DNA of 64,000 nucleotides from NCBI RefSeq assembly GCF_009914755.1, contig NC_060926.1. One strand, given 5' to 3'. Shown here in pieces: positions 12,201-26,400 of this stretch. Each line of letters begins with the position of its first letter. Position 1 is the first letter of the stretch. Source of the DNA: the human T2T-CHM13v2.0 reference genome, Homo sapiens. Position numbers and translations under genes: made by a program. The notes under the pieces are model-generated. The model was not told the origin of the DNA. It saw only the letters and a list, made by a program, of their open reading frames with translations, and did no database searches.

Positions 12201-15200
12201 GATATTTGTCTAGCTTTGAGGATTTCGTTGGAAACGGGATTACATATAAAAAGCAGACAGCAGCATTCCCAGAAACTTCTTTGTGATGTTTGCATTCAAG
12301 TCACAGAGTTGAACATTCCCTTTCATAGAGCAGGTTTGAAACACTCTTTTGTAGTATCTGGATGTGGACATTTGCAGCGCTTTCAGGCCTATGGTGAAAA
12401 AGGAAATATCTTCCCCTGAAAACTAGACAGAAGCATTCTCAGAAACTTATTTGTGATGTGCGCCCTCAACTAACAGTGTTGAACCTTTCTTTTGATAGAG
12501 CAGTTTTGAAACACTCTTTTTGTAATATCTGCAAGAGGATATTTGGATAGCTTTGAGGATTTCCTTGGAAACGGGATTGTCTTCATATAAACTCTAGACA
12601 GAAGCATTCTCAGAAGCTTCATTGGGATGTTTCAATTGAAGTCACAGTGTTGAACAGTTCCTTTCATAGAACAGGTTTGAAACACTCTTTTTGTAGTATC
12701 TGGAAGTGGACATTTGGAGCGCTCTCAGGACTATGGTGAAAAAGGAAATATCTTCCAATAAAAGCTACATAGAAGCAATGTCAGAAACTTTTTCATGATG
12801 TATCTACTCAGCTAACAGAGTTGAACCTTTCCTTTGAGAGAGCAGTTTTGAAACACTCTTTTTCTGGAATCTGCAAGTGGATATTTGTCTAGCTTTGAGG
12901 ATTTCGTTGGAAACGGGATTACATATAAAAAGCAGACAGCAGCATTCCCAGTAACTTCTTTGTGATGTTTGCATTCAAGTCACAGAGTTGAACATTCCCT
13001 TTCATAGAGCAGGTTTGAAACACTCTTTTTGTAGTATCTGTATGTGGACATTTGGAGCGCTTTCAGGCCTATGGTGAAAAAGGAAATATCTTCCCCTGAA
13101 AACTAGACAGAAGCATTCTCAGAAACTTATTTGTGATGTGCGCCCTCAACTAACAGTGTTGAACCTTTCTTTTGATAGAGCAGTTTTGAAACACTCTTTT
13201 TGTAAAATCTGCAAGAGGATATTTGGATAGCTTTGAGGATTTCGTTGGAAACGGGATTGTCTTCATATAAACTCTAGACAGAAGCATTCTCAGAAGCTTC
13301 ATTGGGATGTTTCAATTGAGGTCACAGTGTTGAACAGTTCCTTTCATAGAACAGGTTTGAAACACTCTTTTTGTAGTATCTGGAAGTGGACATTTGGAGC
13401 GCTCTCAGGACTACGGTGAAAATGGAAATATCTTTCAATAAAAGCTACATAGAAGCAATGTCAGAAACTTTTTCATGATGTATCTACTCAGCTAACAGAG
13501 TTGAACCTTTCCTTTGAGAGAGCAGTTTTGAAACACACTTTTTCTGGAATCTGCAAGTGGATATTTGTCTAGCTTTGAGGATTTCGTTGGAAACGGGATT
13601 ACATATAAAAAGCAGACAGCAGCATTCCCAGAATCTTCTTTGTGATGTTTGCATTCAAGTCACAGAGTTGAACATTCCCTTTCATAGAGCAGGTTTGAAA
13701 CACTCTTTTTGTAGTATCTTGATGTGGACATTTGGAGCGCTTTCAGGCCTATGGTGAAAAAGGAAATATCTTCTCCTGAAAACTAGACAGAAGCATTCTC
13801 AGAATCTTATTTGTGATGTGCGCCCTCAACTAACAGTGTTGAACTTTCTTTTGATAGAGCAGTTTTGAAACACTCATTTGTAAAATCTGCAAGAGGATAT
13901 TTGGATAGCTTTGAGGATTTCATTGGAAACGGGATTCTCTTCATATAAACTCTAGACAGAAGCATTCTCAGAAGCTTCATTGGGATGTTTCAATTGAAGT
14001 CACAGTGTTGAACAGTCCCTTTCATAGAGCAGGTTTGAAACACTCTTTTTGTAGTATCTGGAAGTTGACATTTGGAGCGCTCTCAGGGCTACGGTGAAAA
14101 AGGAAATATCTTCCAATAAAAGCTAGATAGAAGCAATGTCAGAAACTTTTTCATGATGTATCTACTCAGCTAACAGAGTTAAACCTTTCTTTTGAGAGAG
14201 CAGTTTTGAAATACTCTTTTTGTGGAATCTGCAAGTGGATATTTGTCTAGCTTTGAGGATTTCGTTGGAAACGGGATTACATATAAAAAGCAGACAGCAG
14301 CATTCCCAGTAACTTCTTTGTGATGTTTGCATTCAAGTCACAGAGTTGAACATTCCCTTTCATAGAGCAGGTTTGAAACACTCTTTTTGTAGTATCTGGA
14401 TGTGGACATTTGGAGCGCTTTCAGGCCTATGGTGAAAAAGGAAATATCTTCCCCTGAAAACTAGACAGAAGCATTCTCAGAATCTTATTTGTGATGTGCG
14501 CCCTCAACTAACAGTGTTGAAGCTTTCTTTTGATAGAGCAGTTTTGAAACACTCTTTTTGTAAAATCTGCAAGAGGATATTTGGATAGCTTTGAGGATTT
14601 CGTTGGAAACGGGATTGTCTTCATAAAAACTCTAGACAGAAGCATTCTCAGAAGCTTCATTGGGATGTTTCACTTGAAGTCACAGTGTTGAACAGTCCCT
14701 TTCATAGAGCAGGTTTGAGACACTCTTTTTGTAGTATCTGGAAGTGGACATTTGGAGAGATCTCAGGAATACGGTGAAAAAGGAAATATCTTCCAATAAA
14801 AGCTAGATAGAAGCAATGTCAGAAACTTTTTCATGATGTATCTACTCAGCTAAGAGAGTTGAACCTTTCTTTTGAGAGAGCAGTTTTGAAACACTCTTTT
14901 TGTGGAATCTGCAAGTGGATATTTGTCTAGCTTTGAGGATTTCGTTGGAAACGGGAATACATATAAAAAGCAGACAGCAGCATTCCCAGAAACTTCTTTG
15001 TGATGTTTGCATTCAAGTCACAGAGTTGAACATTCCCTTTCATAGAGCAGGTTTGAAACACTCTTTTTGTAGTATCTGGATGTGGACATTTGGAGCGCTT
15101 TCAGGCCTATGGTGAAAAAGGAAATATCTTCCCCTGAAAACTAGACAGAAGCATTCTCAGAATCTTATTTGTGATGTGCGCCCTCAACTAACAGTGTTGA

Positions 15201-18200
15201 AGCTTTCTTTTGATAGAGCAGTTTTGAAACACTCTTTTTGTAAAATCTGCAAGAGGATATTTGGAGAGTTTTGAGGATTTCTTTGGAAACGGGATTGTCT
15301 TCATATTAACTCTAGACAGAAGCATTCTCAGAAGCTTCATTGGGATGTTTCAATTGAAGTCACAGTGTTGAACAGTCCCTTTCATAGAGCAGGTTTGAAA
15401 CACCCTTTTTGTAGTATCTGGATATGGACATTTGGAGCGCTTTCAGGCCTATGGTGAAAAAGGAAATATCTTCCCCTGAGAACTAGACAGAAGCATTCTC
15501 AGAAACTTATTTGTGATGTGCGCCCTCAACTAACAGTGTTGAAGCTTTCTTTTGATAGAGCAGCTTTGAAACACTCTTTTTGTGGAATCTGCAAGTGGAT
15601 GTTTGTCTAGCTTTGAGGATTTCGTTGGAAACGGGATTACATATAAAAAGCAGACAGCAGCATTCCCAGAATCTTGTTTGTGATGTTTGCATTCAAGTCA
15701 CAGAGTTGAACATTCCCTTTCAGAGAGAAGGTTTGAAACACTCTTTTTATAGTATCTGGATGTGGACATTTGGAGCGCTTTCAGGCCTATGGTGAAAAAG
15801 GAAATATCTTCTCCTGAAAACTAGACACAAGAATTCTCAGAATCTTATTTGTGATGTGCGCCCTCAACTAACAGTGTTGAAGCTTTCTTTTGATAGAGCA
15901 GTTTTGAAACACTCTTTTCGTAAAATCTGCAAGAGGATATTTTGATAGCTTTGAGGATTTCGTTGGAAACGGGATTGTCTTCATATAAACTCTAGACAGA
16001 AGCATTCTCAGAAGCTTCATTGGGATGTTTCAATTGAAGTCACAGTGTTGAACAGTCCCTTTCATAGAGCAGGTTTGAAACACTCTTTTTGTAGTATCTG
16101 GAAGTGGACATTTGGAGAGATCTCAGGAATACGGTGATAAAGGAAATATCTTCCAATAAAAGCTAGATAGAAGCAATGTCAGAAACTTTTTCATGATGTA
16201 TCTACTCAGCTAACAGAGTTGAACCTTTCTTTTGAGAGAGCAGTTTTGAAACACTCTTTTTGTGGAATCTGCAAGTGGATATTTGTCTAGCTTTGAGGAT
16301 TTCGTTGGAAACGGGATTACATATAAAAAGCAGACAGCAGCATTCCCAGTAACTTCTTTGTGATGTTTGCATTCAAGTCACAGAGTTGAACATTCCCTTT
16401 CATAGAGCAGGTTTGAAACACTCTTTTTGTAGTATCTGTATGTGGACATTTGGAGCGCTTTCAGGCCTATGGTGAAAAAGGAAATATCTTCCCCTGAAAA
16501 CTAGACAGAAGAATTCTCAGAAACTTGTTTGTGATGTGCGCCCTCAACTAACAGTGTTGAAGCTTTCTTTTGATAGAGCAGTTTTGAAACACTCTTTTTG
16601 TAAAATCTGCAAGAGGATATTTGGATAGCTTTGAGGATTTCGTTGGAAACGGGATTGTCTTCATATAAACTCTAGACAGAAGCATTCTCAGAAGCGTCAT
16701 TGGGATGTTTCAATTGAAGTCACAGTGTTGAACAGTCCCTTTCATAGAGCAGGTTTGAAACACTCTTTTTGTAGTATCTGGATGTGGACATTTGGAGCGC
16801 TTTCAGGCCTATGGTTTAAAAGGAAATATCTTCCCCTGAAAACTAGACAGAAGCATTCTCAGAAACTTATTTGTGATGTGCGCCCTCAACTAACAGTGTT
16901 GAAGCATTCTTTTGATTGAGCAGTTTTGAAACACTCTTTTTGTGGAATCTGCAAGTGGATATTTGTCTAGCTTTGAGGATTTCGCTGGAAACGGGATTAC
17001 ATATAAAAAGCAGACAGCAGCATTCCCAGAAACTTCTTTGTGATGTTTGCATTCAAGTCACAGAGTTGAACATTCCCTTTCATAGAGCAGGTTTGAAACA
17101 CTCTTTTTGTAGTATCTGGATGTGGACATTTGGAGAGATCTCAGGAATACGGTGAAAAAGGAAATATCTTCCAATAAAAGCTAGATAGAAGCAATGTCAG
17201 AAACTTTTTCATGATGTATCTACTCAGCTAACAGAGTTGAACCTTTCTTTTGAGAGAGCAGTTTTGAAACACTCTTTTTGTGGAATCTGCAAGTGGATAT
17301 TTGTCTAGCTTTGAGGATTTCGTTGGAAACGGGAATACATATAAAAAGCAGACAGCAGCATTCCCAGAAACTTCTTTGTGATGTTTGCATTCAAGTCACA
17401 GAGTTGAACATTCCCTTTCATAGAGCACGTTTGAAACACTCTTTTTATAGTATCTGGATGTGCACATTTGGAGCGCTTTCAGGCCTATGGTGAAAAGGGA
17501 AATATCTTCTCCTGAAAACTAGACAGAAGCATTCTCAGAATCTTATTTGTGATGTGCGCCCTCAACTAACAGTGTTGAAGCTTTCTTTTCATAGAGCAGT
17601 TTTGAAACACTCTTTTTGTAAAATCTGCAAGAGGATATTTGGATAGCTTGGAGGATTTCGTTGGAAACGGGATTGTCTTCATATAAACTCTAGACAGAAG
17701 CATTCTCAGAAGCTTCATTGGGATGTTTCAATTGAAGTCACAGTGTTGAACAGTCCCTTTCATAGAGCAGGTTTGAAACACTCTTTTTGTAGTATCTGGA
17801 TGTGGACATTTGGAGCGCTTTCAGGTCTATGGTTTAAAAGGAAATATCTTCCCCTGAAAACTAGACAGAAGCATTCTCAGAAACTTATTTGTGATGTGCG
17901 CCCTCAACTAACAGTGTTGAAGCATTCTTTTGATAGAGCAGTTTTGAAACACTCTTTTTCTGGAATCTGCAAGTGGATATTTGTCTAGCTTTGAGGATTT
18001 CGTTGGAAACGGGATTACATATAAAAAGCAGACAGCAGCATTCCCAGAAACTTCTTTGTGATGTTTGCATTCAAGTCACAGAGTTGAACATTCCCTTTCA
18101 TAGAGCAGGTTTGAAACACTCTTTTTGTAGTATCTGGATGTGGACATTTGCAGGGCTTTCAGGCCTAAGGTGAAAAAGGAAATATCTTCCCCTGAAAACT

Positions 18201-21130
18201 AGACAGAAGCATTCTCAGAAACTTATTTGTGATGTGCGCCCTCAACTAACAGTGTTGAAGCTTTCTTTTGATAGAGCAGTTTGAAACACTCTTTTTGTGG
18301 AATCTGCAAGTGGATATTTGTCTAGCTTTGAGGATTTCGTTGGAAACGGGATTACATATAAAAAGCAGAAAGCAGCATTCCCAGAATCTTGTTTGTGATG
18401 TTTGCATTCAAGTCACAGAGTTGAACATTCCCTTTCAGAGAGCAGGTTTGAAACACTCTTTTTATAGTATCTGGATGTGTACATTTGGAGCGCTGTCAGG
18501 CCTATGGTGAAAAAGGAAATATCTTCTCCTGAAAACTAGACAGAAGCATTCTCAGAATCTTATTTGTGAGGTGCGCCCTCAACTAACAGTGTTGAAGCTT
18601 TCTTTTGATAGAGCAGTTTTGAAACACTCTTTTCGTAATATCTGCAAGAGGATATTTTGATAGCTTTGAGGATTTCGTTGGAAACGGGATTGTCTTCATA
18701 TAAACTCTAGACAGAAGCATTCTCAGAAGCTTCATTGGGATGTTTCAATTGAAGTCACAGTGTTGAACAGTCCCTTTCATAGAGCAGGTTTGAAACACTC
18801 TTTTTGTAGTATCTGGAAGTGGACATTTGGAGAGATCTCAGGAATACGGTGATAAAGGAAATATCTTCCAATAAAAGATAGATAGAAGCAATATCAGAAA
18901 CTTTTTCATGATGTATCTTCACAGCTAACAGAGTTGAACCTTTCTTTTGAGAGAGCAGTTTTGAAACACTCTTTTTGTGGAATCTGCAAGTGGATATTTG
19001 TCTAGCTTTGAGGATTTCGTTGGAAACAGGATTACATATAAAAAGCAGACAGCAGCATTCCCAGAAACTTCTTTGTGATGTTTGCATTCAAGTCACAGAG
19101 TTGAACATTCCCTTTCATAGAGCAGGTTTGAAACACTCTTTTGTAGTATCTGGATGTGGACATTTGCAGCGCTTTCAGGCCTATGGTGAAAAAGGAAATA
19201 TCTTCCCCTGAAAACTAGACAGAAGCATTCTCAGAAACTTATTTGTGATGTGCGCCCTCAACTAACAGTGTTGAACCTTTCTTTTGATAGAGCAGTTTTG
19301 AAACACTCTTTTTGTAATATCTGCAAGAGGATATTTGGATAGCTTTGAGGATTTCCTTGGAAACGGGATTGTCTTCATATAAACTCTAGACAGAAGCATT
19401 CTCAGAAGCTTCATTGGGATGTTTCAATTGAAGTCACAGTGTTGAACAGTTCCTTTCATAGAACAGGTTTGAAACACTCTTTTTGTAGTATCTGGAAGTG
19501 GACATTTGGAGCGCTCTCAGGACTATGGTGAAAAAGGAAATATCTTCCAATAAAAGCTACATAGAAGCAATGTCAGAAACTTTTTCATGATGTATCTACT
19601 CAGCTAACAGAGTTGAACCTTTCCTTTGAGAGAGCAGTTTTGAAACACTCTTTTTCTGGAATCTGCAAGTGGATATTTGTCTAGCTTTGAGGATTTCGTT
19701 GGAAACGGGATTACATATAAAAAGCAGACAGCAGCATTCCCAGTAACTTCTTTGTGATGTTTGCATTCAAGTCACAGAGTTGAACATTCCCTTTCATAGA
19801 GCAGGTTTGAAACACTCTTTTTGTAGTATCTGTATGTGGACATTTGGAGCGCTTTCAGGCCTATGGTGAAAAAGGAAATATCTTCCCCTGAAAACTAGAC
19901 AGAAGCATTCTCAGAAACTTATTTGTGATGTGCGCCCTCAACTAACAGTGTTGAACCTTTCTTTTGATAGAGCAGTTTTGAAACACTCTTTTTGTAAAAT
20001 CTGCAAGAGGATATTTGGATAGCTTTGAGGATTTCGTTGGAAACGGGATTGTCTTCATATAAACTCTAGACAGAAGCATTCTCAGAAGCTTCATTGGGAT
20101 GTTTCAATTGAGGTCACAGTGTTGAACAGTTCCTTTCATAGAACAGGTTTGAAACACTCTTTTTGTAGTATCTGGAAGTGGACATTTGGAGCGCTCTCAG
20201 GACTACGGTGAAAATGGAAATATCTTTCAATAAAAGCTACATAGAAGCAATGTCAGAAACTTTTTCATGATGTATCTACTCAGCTAACAGAGTTGAACCT
20301 TTCCTTTGAGAGAGCAGTTTTGAAACACTCTTTTTCTGGAATCTGCAAGTGGATATTTGTCTAGCTTTGAGGATTTCGTTGGAAACGGGATTACATATAA
20401 AAAGCAGACAGCAGCATTCCCAGAATCTTCTTTGTGATGTTTGCATTCAAGTCACAGAGTTGAACATTCCCTTTCATAGAGCAGGTTTGAAACACTCTTT
20501 TTGTAGTATCTTGATGTGGACATTTGGAGCGCTTTCAGGCCTATGGTGAAAAAGGAAATATCTTCTCCTGAAAACTAGACAGAAGCATTCTCAGAATCTT
20601 ATTTGTGATGTGCGCCCTCAACTAACAGTGTTGAACTTTCTTTTGATAGAGCAGTTTTGAAACACTCATTTGTAAAATCTGCAAGAGGATATTTGGATAG
20701 CTTTGAGGATTTCATTGGAAACGGGATTCTCTTCATATAAACTCTACACAGAAGCATTCTCAGAAGCTTCATTGGGATGTTTCAATTGAAGTCACAGTGT
20801 TGAACAGTCCCTTTCATAGAGCAGGTTTGAAACACTCTTTTTGTAGTATCTGGAAGTTGACATTTGGAGCGCTCTCAGGGCTACGGTGAAAAAGGAAATA
20901 TCTTCCAATAAAAGCTAGATAGAAGCAATGTCAGAAACTTTTTCATGATGTATCTACTCAGCTAACAGAGTTAAACCTTTCTTTTGAGAGAGCAGTTTTG
21001 AAACACTCTTTTTGTGGAATCTGCAAGTGGATATTTGTCTAGCTTTGAGGATTTCGTTGGAAACGGGAATACATATAAAAAGCAGACAGCAGCATTCCCA
21101 GAAACTTCTTTGTGATGTTTGCATTCAAGT
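9250..21130 (+). repeat. Tandem duplication of a ~5.8-kb HOR block (copy 1 ~9250-15020, copy 2 ~15025-21130), with a 1018-bp gain and a 680-bp loss in copy 2
   Basis: More than 25 private variants are shared in order. Offsets are 5775 (9805 vs 15580), then 6793/6792 (10485 vs 17278; 13557 vs 20349), then 6112 (14900 vs 21012). Confidence 0.85.
17021..17191 (+). repeat. B/D hybrid monomer (338-bp unit); a second independent example at 33666-33836
   Basis: Starts as B (CATTCCCAGAAACTTCTTTG...GGATGTGG) and ends as D (GGAGAGATCTCAGGAATACGG...CCAATAAAAGCTAGATAG), followed directly by A. Confidence 0.9.
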
Positions 21131-23302
21131 CACAGAGTTGAACATTCCCTTTCATAGAGCAGGTTTGAAACACTCTTTTTGTAGTATCTGGATGTGGACA
21201 TTTGGAGCGCTTTCAGGCCTATGGTGAAAAAGGAAATATCTTCCCCTGAAAACTAGACAGAAGCATTCTCAGAATCTTATTTGTGATGTGCGCCCTCAAC
21301 TAACAGTGTTGAAGCTTTCTTTTGATAGAGCAGTTTTGAAACACTCTTTTTGTAAAATCTGCAAGAGGATATTTGGATAGCTTTGAGGATTTCGTTGGAA
21401 ACGGGATTGTCTTCATATAAACTCTAGACAGAAGCATTCTCAGAAGCTTCATTGGGATGTTTCAATTGAAGTCACAGTGTTGAACAGTCCCTTTCATAGA
21501 GCAGGTTTGAAACACTCTTTTTGTAGTATCTGGATGTGGACATTTGGAGCGCTTTCAGGCCTATGGTTTAAAAGGAAATATCTTCCCCTGAAAACTAGAC
21601 AGAAGCATTCTCAGAAACTTATTTGTGATGTGCGCCCTCAACTAACAGTGTTGAAGCATTCTTTTGATAGAGCAGTTTTGAAACACTCTTTTTGTGGAAT
21701 CTGCAAGTGGATATTTGTCTAGCTTTGAGGATTTCGTTGGAAACGGGATTACATATAAAAAGCAGACAGCAGCATTCCCAGAAACTTCTTTGTGATGTTT
21801 GCATTCAAGTCACAGAGTTGAACATTCCCTTTCATAGAGCAGGTTTGAAACACTCTTTTTGTAGTATCTGGATGTGGACATTTGGAGCGCTTTCAGGCCT
21901 ATGGTGAAAAAGGAAATATCTTCCCCTGAAAACTAGACAGAAGCATTCTCAGAAACTTATTTGTGATGTGTGCCCTCAACTAACAGTGTTGAAGCTTTCT
22001 TTTGATAGAGCAGTTTTGAAACACTCTTTTTGTAAAATCTGCAAGAGGATATTTGGATAGATTTGAGGATTTCGTTGGAAACGGGATTGTCTTCATATAA
22101 ACTCTAGACAGAAGCATTCTCAGAAGCTTCATTGGGATGTTTCAATTGAAGTCACAGTGTTGAAAAGTCCCTTTCATAGAGCAGGTTTGAAACACTCTTT
22201 TTGTAGTATCTGGAAGTGGACATTTGGAGCGCTCTCAGGACTGCGGTGAAAAAGGAAATATATTCCAATAAAAGCTAGATAGAAGCAATGTCAGAAACTT
22301 TTTCATGATGTATCTACTCAGCTAACAGAGTTGAACCTTCATTTGAGAGAGCAGTTTTGAAACACTCGTTTTGTGGAATCTGCAAGTGGATATTTGTCTA
22401 GCTTTGAGGATTTCGTTGGAAACGGGATTACATATAAAAAGCAGACAGCAGCATTCCCAGAAACTTCTTTGTGATGTTTGCATTCAAGTCACAGAGTTGA
22501 ACATTCCCTTTCATAGAGCAGGTTTGAAACACTCTTTTTGTAGTATCTGGATGTGGACATTTGCAGCGCTTTCAGGCCTAAGGTGAAAAAGGAAATATCT
22601 TCCCCTGAAAACTAGACAGAAGCATTCTCAGAAACTTATTTGTGATGTGCGCCCTCAACTAACAGTGTTGAAGCTTTCTTTTGATAGAGCAGTTTTGAAA
22701 CACTCTTTTTGTAATATCTGCAAGAGGATATTTGGATAGCTTTGAGGATTTCGTTGGAAACGGGATTGTCTTCATATAAACTCTAGACAGAAGCATTCTC
22801 AGAAGCTTCATTGGGATGTTTCAATTGAAGTCACAGTGTTGAACAGTCTCTTTCATAGAACAGGTTTGAAACACTCTTTTTGTAGTATCTGGAAGTGGAC
22901 ATTTGGAGCGCTCTCAGGACTATGGTGAAAAAGGAAATATCTTCCAATAAAAGCTACATAGAAGCAATGTCAGAAACTTTTTCATGATGTATCTACTCAG
23001 CTAACAGAGTTGAACCTTTCCTTTGAGAGAGCAGTTTTGAAACACTCTTTTTGTGGAATCTGCAAGTGGATATTTGTCTAGCTTTGAGGACTTCGTTGGA
23101 AACGGGATTATATATAAAAAGCAGACAGCAGCATTCCCAGTAACTTCTTTGTGATGTTTGCATTCAAGTCACAGAGTTGAACATTCCCTTTCATAGAGCA
23201 GGTTTGAAACACTCTTTTTGTAGTATCTGGATGTGGACATTTGGAGCGCTTTCAGGCCTATGGTGAAAAAGGAAATATCTTCCCCTGAAAACTAGACAGA
23301 AG

Positions 23303-23469
23303 CATTCTCAGAAACTTATTTGTGATGTGCGCCCTCAACTAACAGTGTTGAACCTTTCTTTTGATAGAGCAGTTTTGAAACACTCTTTTTGTAATATCTG
23401 CAAGAGGATATTTGGATAGCTTTGAGGATTTCGTTGGAAACGGGATTACATATAAAAAGCAGACAGCAG
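23303..23469 (+). repeat. C/A hybrid monomer, junction type II at the CENP-B box; also 25681-25847, 30099-30265, 54567-54732, 56263-56429
   Basis: C sequence continues through GAGGATATTTGGATAG, then after TTCGTTGGAAACGGGATT switches to the A tail ACATATAAAAAGCAGACAGCAG. Confidence 0.9.
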
Positions 23470-26400
23470 CATTCCCAGAATCTTGTTTGTGATGTTTGCA
23501 TTCAAGTCACAGAGTTGAACATTCCCTTTCAGAGAGCAGGTTTGAAACACTCTTTTTATAGTATCTGGATGTGGACATTTGGAGCGCTTTCAGGCCTATG
23601 GTGAAAAAGGAAATATCTTCTACTGAAAACTAGACAGAAGCATTCTCAGAATCTTATTTGTGATGTGCGCCCTCAACTAACAGTGTTGAAGCTTTCTTTT
23701 GATAGAGCAGTTTTGAAACACTCTTTTCGTAAAATCTGCAAGAGGATATTTTGATAGCTTTGAGGATTTCATTGGAAATGGGATTGTCTTCATATAAACT
23801 CTAGACAGAAGCATTCTCAGAAGCTTCATTGGGATGTTTCAATTGAAGTCACAGTGTTGAACAGTCCCTTTCATACAGCAGGTTTGAAACACTCTTTTTG
23901 TAGTATCTGGAAGTGGACATTTGGAGAGATCTCAGGAATACGGTGATAAAGGAAATATCTTCCAATAAAAGCTAGATAGAAGCAATGTCAGAAACTTTTT
24001 CATGATGTATCTACTCAGCTAACAGAGTTGAACCTTTCTTTTGAGAGAGCAGTTTTGAAACACTCTTTTTGTGGAATCTGCAAGTGGATATTTGTCTAGC
24101 TTTGAGGATTTCGTTGGAAACGGGATTACATATAAAAAGCAGACAGCAGCATTCCCAGTAACTTCTTTGTGATGTTTGCATTCAAGTCACAGAGTTGAAC
24201 ATTCCCTTTCATAGAGCAGGTTTGAAACACTCTTTTTGTAGTATCTGGATGTGGACATTTTGAGCGCTTTGAGGCCTATGGTGAAAAAGGAAATATCTTC
24301 CCCTGAAAACTAGACAGAAGAATTCTCAGAATCTTATTTGTGATGTGCGCCCTCAACTAACAGTGTTGAAGCTTTCTTTTGATAGAGCAGTTTTGAAACA
24401 CTCTTTTTGTAAAATCTGCAAGAGGATATTTGGATAGCTTTGAGGATTTCGTTGGAAACGGGATTGTCTTCATATAAACTCTAGACAGAAGCATTCTCAG
24501 AAGCGTCATTGGGATGTTTCAATTGAAGTCACAGTGTTGAACAGTCCCTTTCATAGAGCAGGTTTGAAACACTCTTTTTGTAGTATCTGGATGTGGACAT
24601 TTGGAGCGCTTTCAGGCCTATGGTTTACAAGGAAATATCTTCCCCTGAAAACTAGACAGAAGCATTCTCAGAAACTTATTTGTGATGTGCGCCCTCAACT
24701 AACAGTGTTGAAGCATTCTTTTGATAGAGCAGTTTTGAAACACTCTTTTTGTGGAATCTGCAAGTGGATATTTGTCTAGCTTTGAGGATTTCGTTGGAAA
24801 CGGGATTACATATAAAAAGCAGACAGCAGCATTCCCAGAAACTTCTTTGTGATGTTTGCATTCAAGTCACAGAGTTGAACATTCCCTTTCATAGAGCAGG
24901 TTTGAAACACTCTTTTTGTAGTATCTGGATGTGGATATTTGCAGCGCTTTCAGGCCTAAGGTGAAAAAGGAAATATCTTCCCCTGAAAACTAGACAGAAG
25001 CATTCTCAGAAACTTATTTGTGATGTGCGCCCTCAACTAACAGTGTTGAAGCTTTCTTTTGATAGAGCAGTTTTGAAACACTCTTTTTGTAATATCTGCA
25101 AGAGGATATTTGGATAGGTTTGAGGATTTCCTTGGAAACGGGATTGTCTTCATATAAACTCTAGACAGAAGCATTCTCAGAAGCTTCATTGGGATGTTTC
25201 AATTGAAGTCACAGTGTTGAACAGTTCCTTTCATAGAACAGGTTTGAAACACTCTTTTTGTAGTATCTGGAAGTGGACATTTGGAGCGCTCTCAGGACTA
25301 CGGTGAAAAAGGAAATATCTTCCAATAAAAGCTACATAGAAGCAATGTCAGAAACTTTTTCATGATGTATCTACTCAGCTAACAGAGTTGAACCTTTCCT
25401 TTGAGAGAGCAGTTTTGAAACACTCTTTTTGTTGAATCTGCAAGTGGATATTTGTCTAGCTTTGAGGATTTCGTTGGAAACGGGATTACATATAAAAAGC
25501 AGACAGCAGCATTCCCAGTAACTTCTTTGTGATGTTTGCATTCAAGTCACAGAGTTGAACATTCCCTTTCATAGAGCAGGTTTGAAACACTCTTTTTGTA
25601 GTATCTGGATGTGGACATATGGAGCGCTTTCAGGCCTATGGTGAAAAAGGAAATATCTTCCCCTGAAAACTAGACAGAAGCATTCTCAGAAACTTATTTG
25701 TGATGTGCGCCCTCAATTAACAGTGTTGAACCTTTCTTTTGATAGAGCAGTTTTGAAACACTCTTTTTGTAATATCTGCAAGAGGATATTTGGATAGCTT
25801 TGAGGATTTCGTTGGAAACGGGATTACATATAAAAAGCAGACAGCAGCATTCCCAGAATCTTGTTTGTGATGTTTCCATTCAAGTAACAGAGTTGAACAT
25901 TCCCTTTCAGAGAGCAGGTTTGAAACACTCTTTTTATAGTATCTGGATGTGGACATTTGGAGCGCTTTCAGGCCTATGGTGAAAAAGGAAATATCTTCTC
26001 CTGAAAACTAGACAGAAGCATTCTCAGAATCTTATTTGTGATGTGCCCCCTCAACTAACAGTGTTGAAGCTTTCTTTTGATAGAGCAGTTTTGAAACACT
26101 CTTTTCGTAAAATCTGCAAGAGGATATTTTGATAGATTTGAGGATTTCGTTGGAAACGGGATTGTCTTCATATAAACTCTAGACAGAAGCATTCTCAGAA
26201 GCTTCATTGGGATGTTTCAATTGAAGTCACAGTGTTGAACAGTCCCTTTCATAGAGCAGGTTTGAAACACTCTTTTTGTAGTATCTGGAAGTGGACATTT
26301 GGAGAGATCTCAGGAATACGGTGATAAAGGAAATATCTTCCAATAAAAGCTAGATAGAAGCAATGTCAGAAACTTTTTCATGATGTATCTACTCAGCTAA

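Noticed and set aside
11963-12295. Longest ORF (110 aa, minus strand; copy at 18755-19087)
   Set aside because: It results from point changes removing stop codons in one HOR that was then duplicated.
23091-23107. CTTCGTTGGAAACGGGA textbook CENP-B box and other box variants (16980, 28527, 38719, 54693)
   Set aside because: The changes are at non-essential positions, so there is no predicted functional difference.
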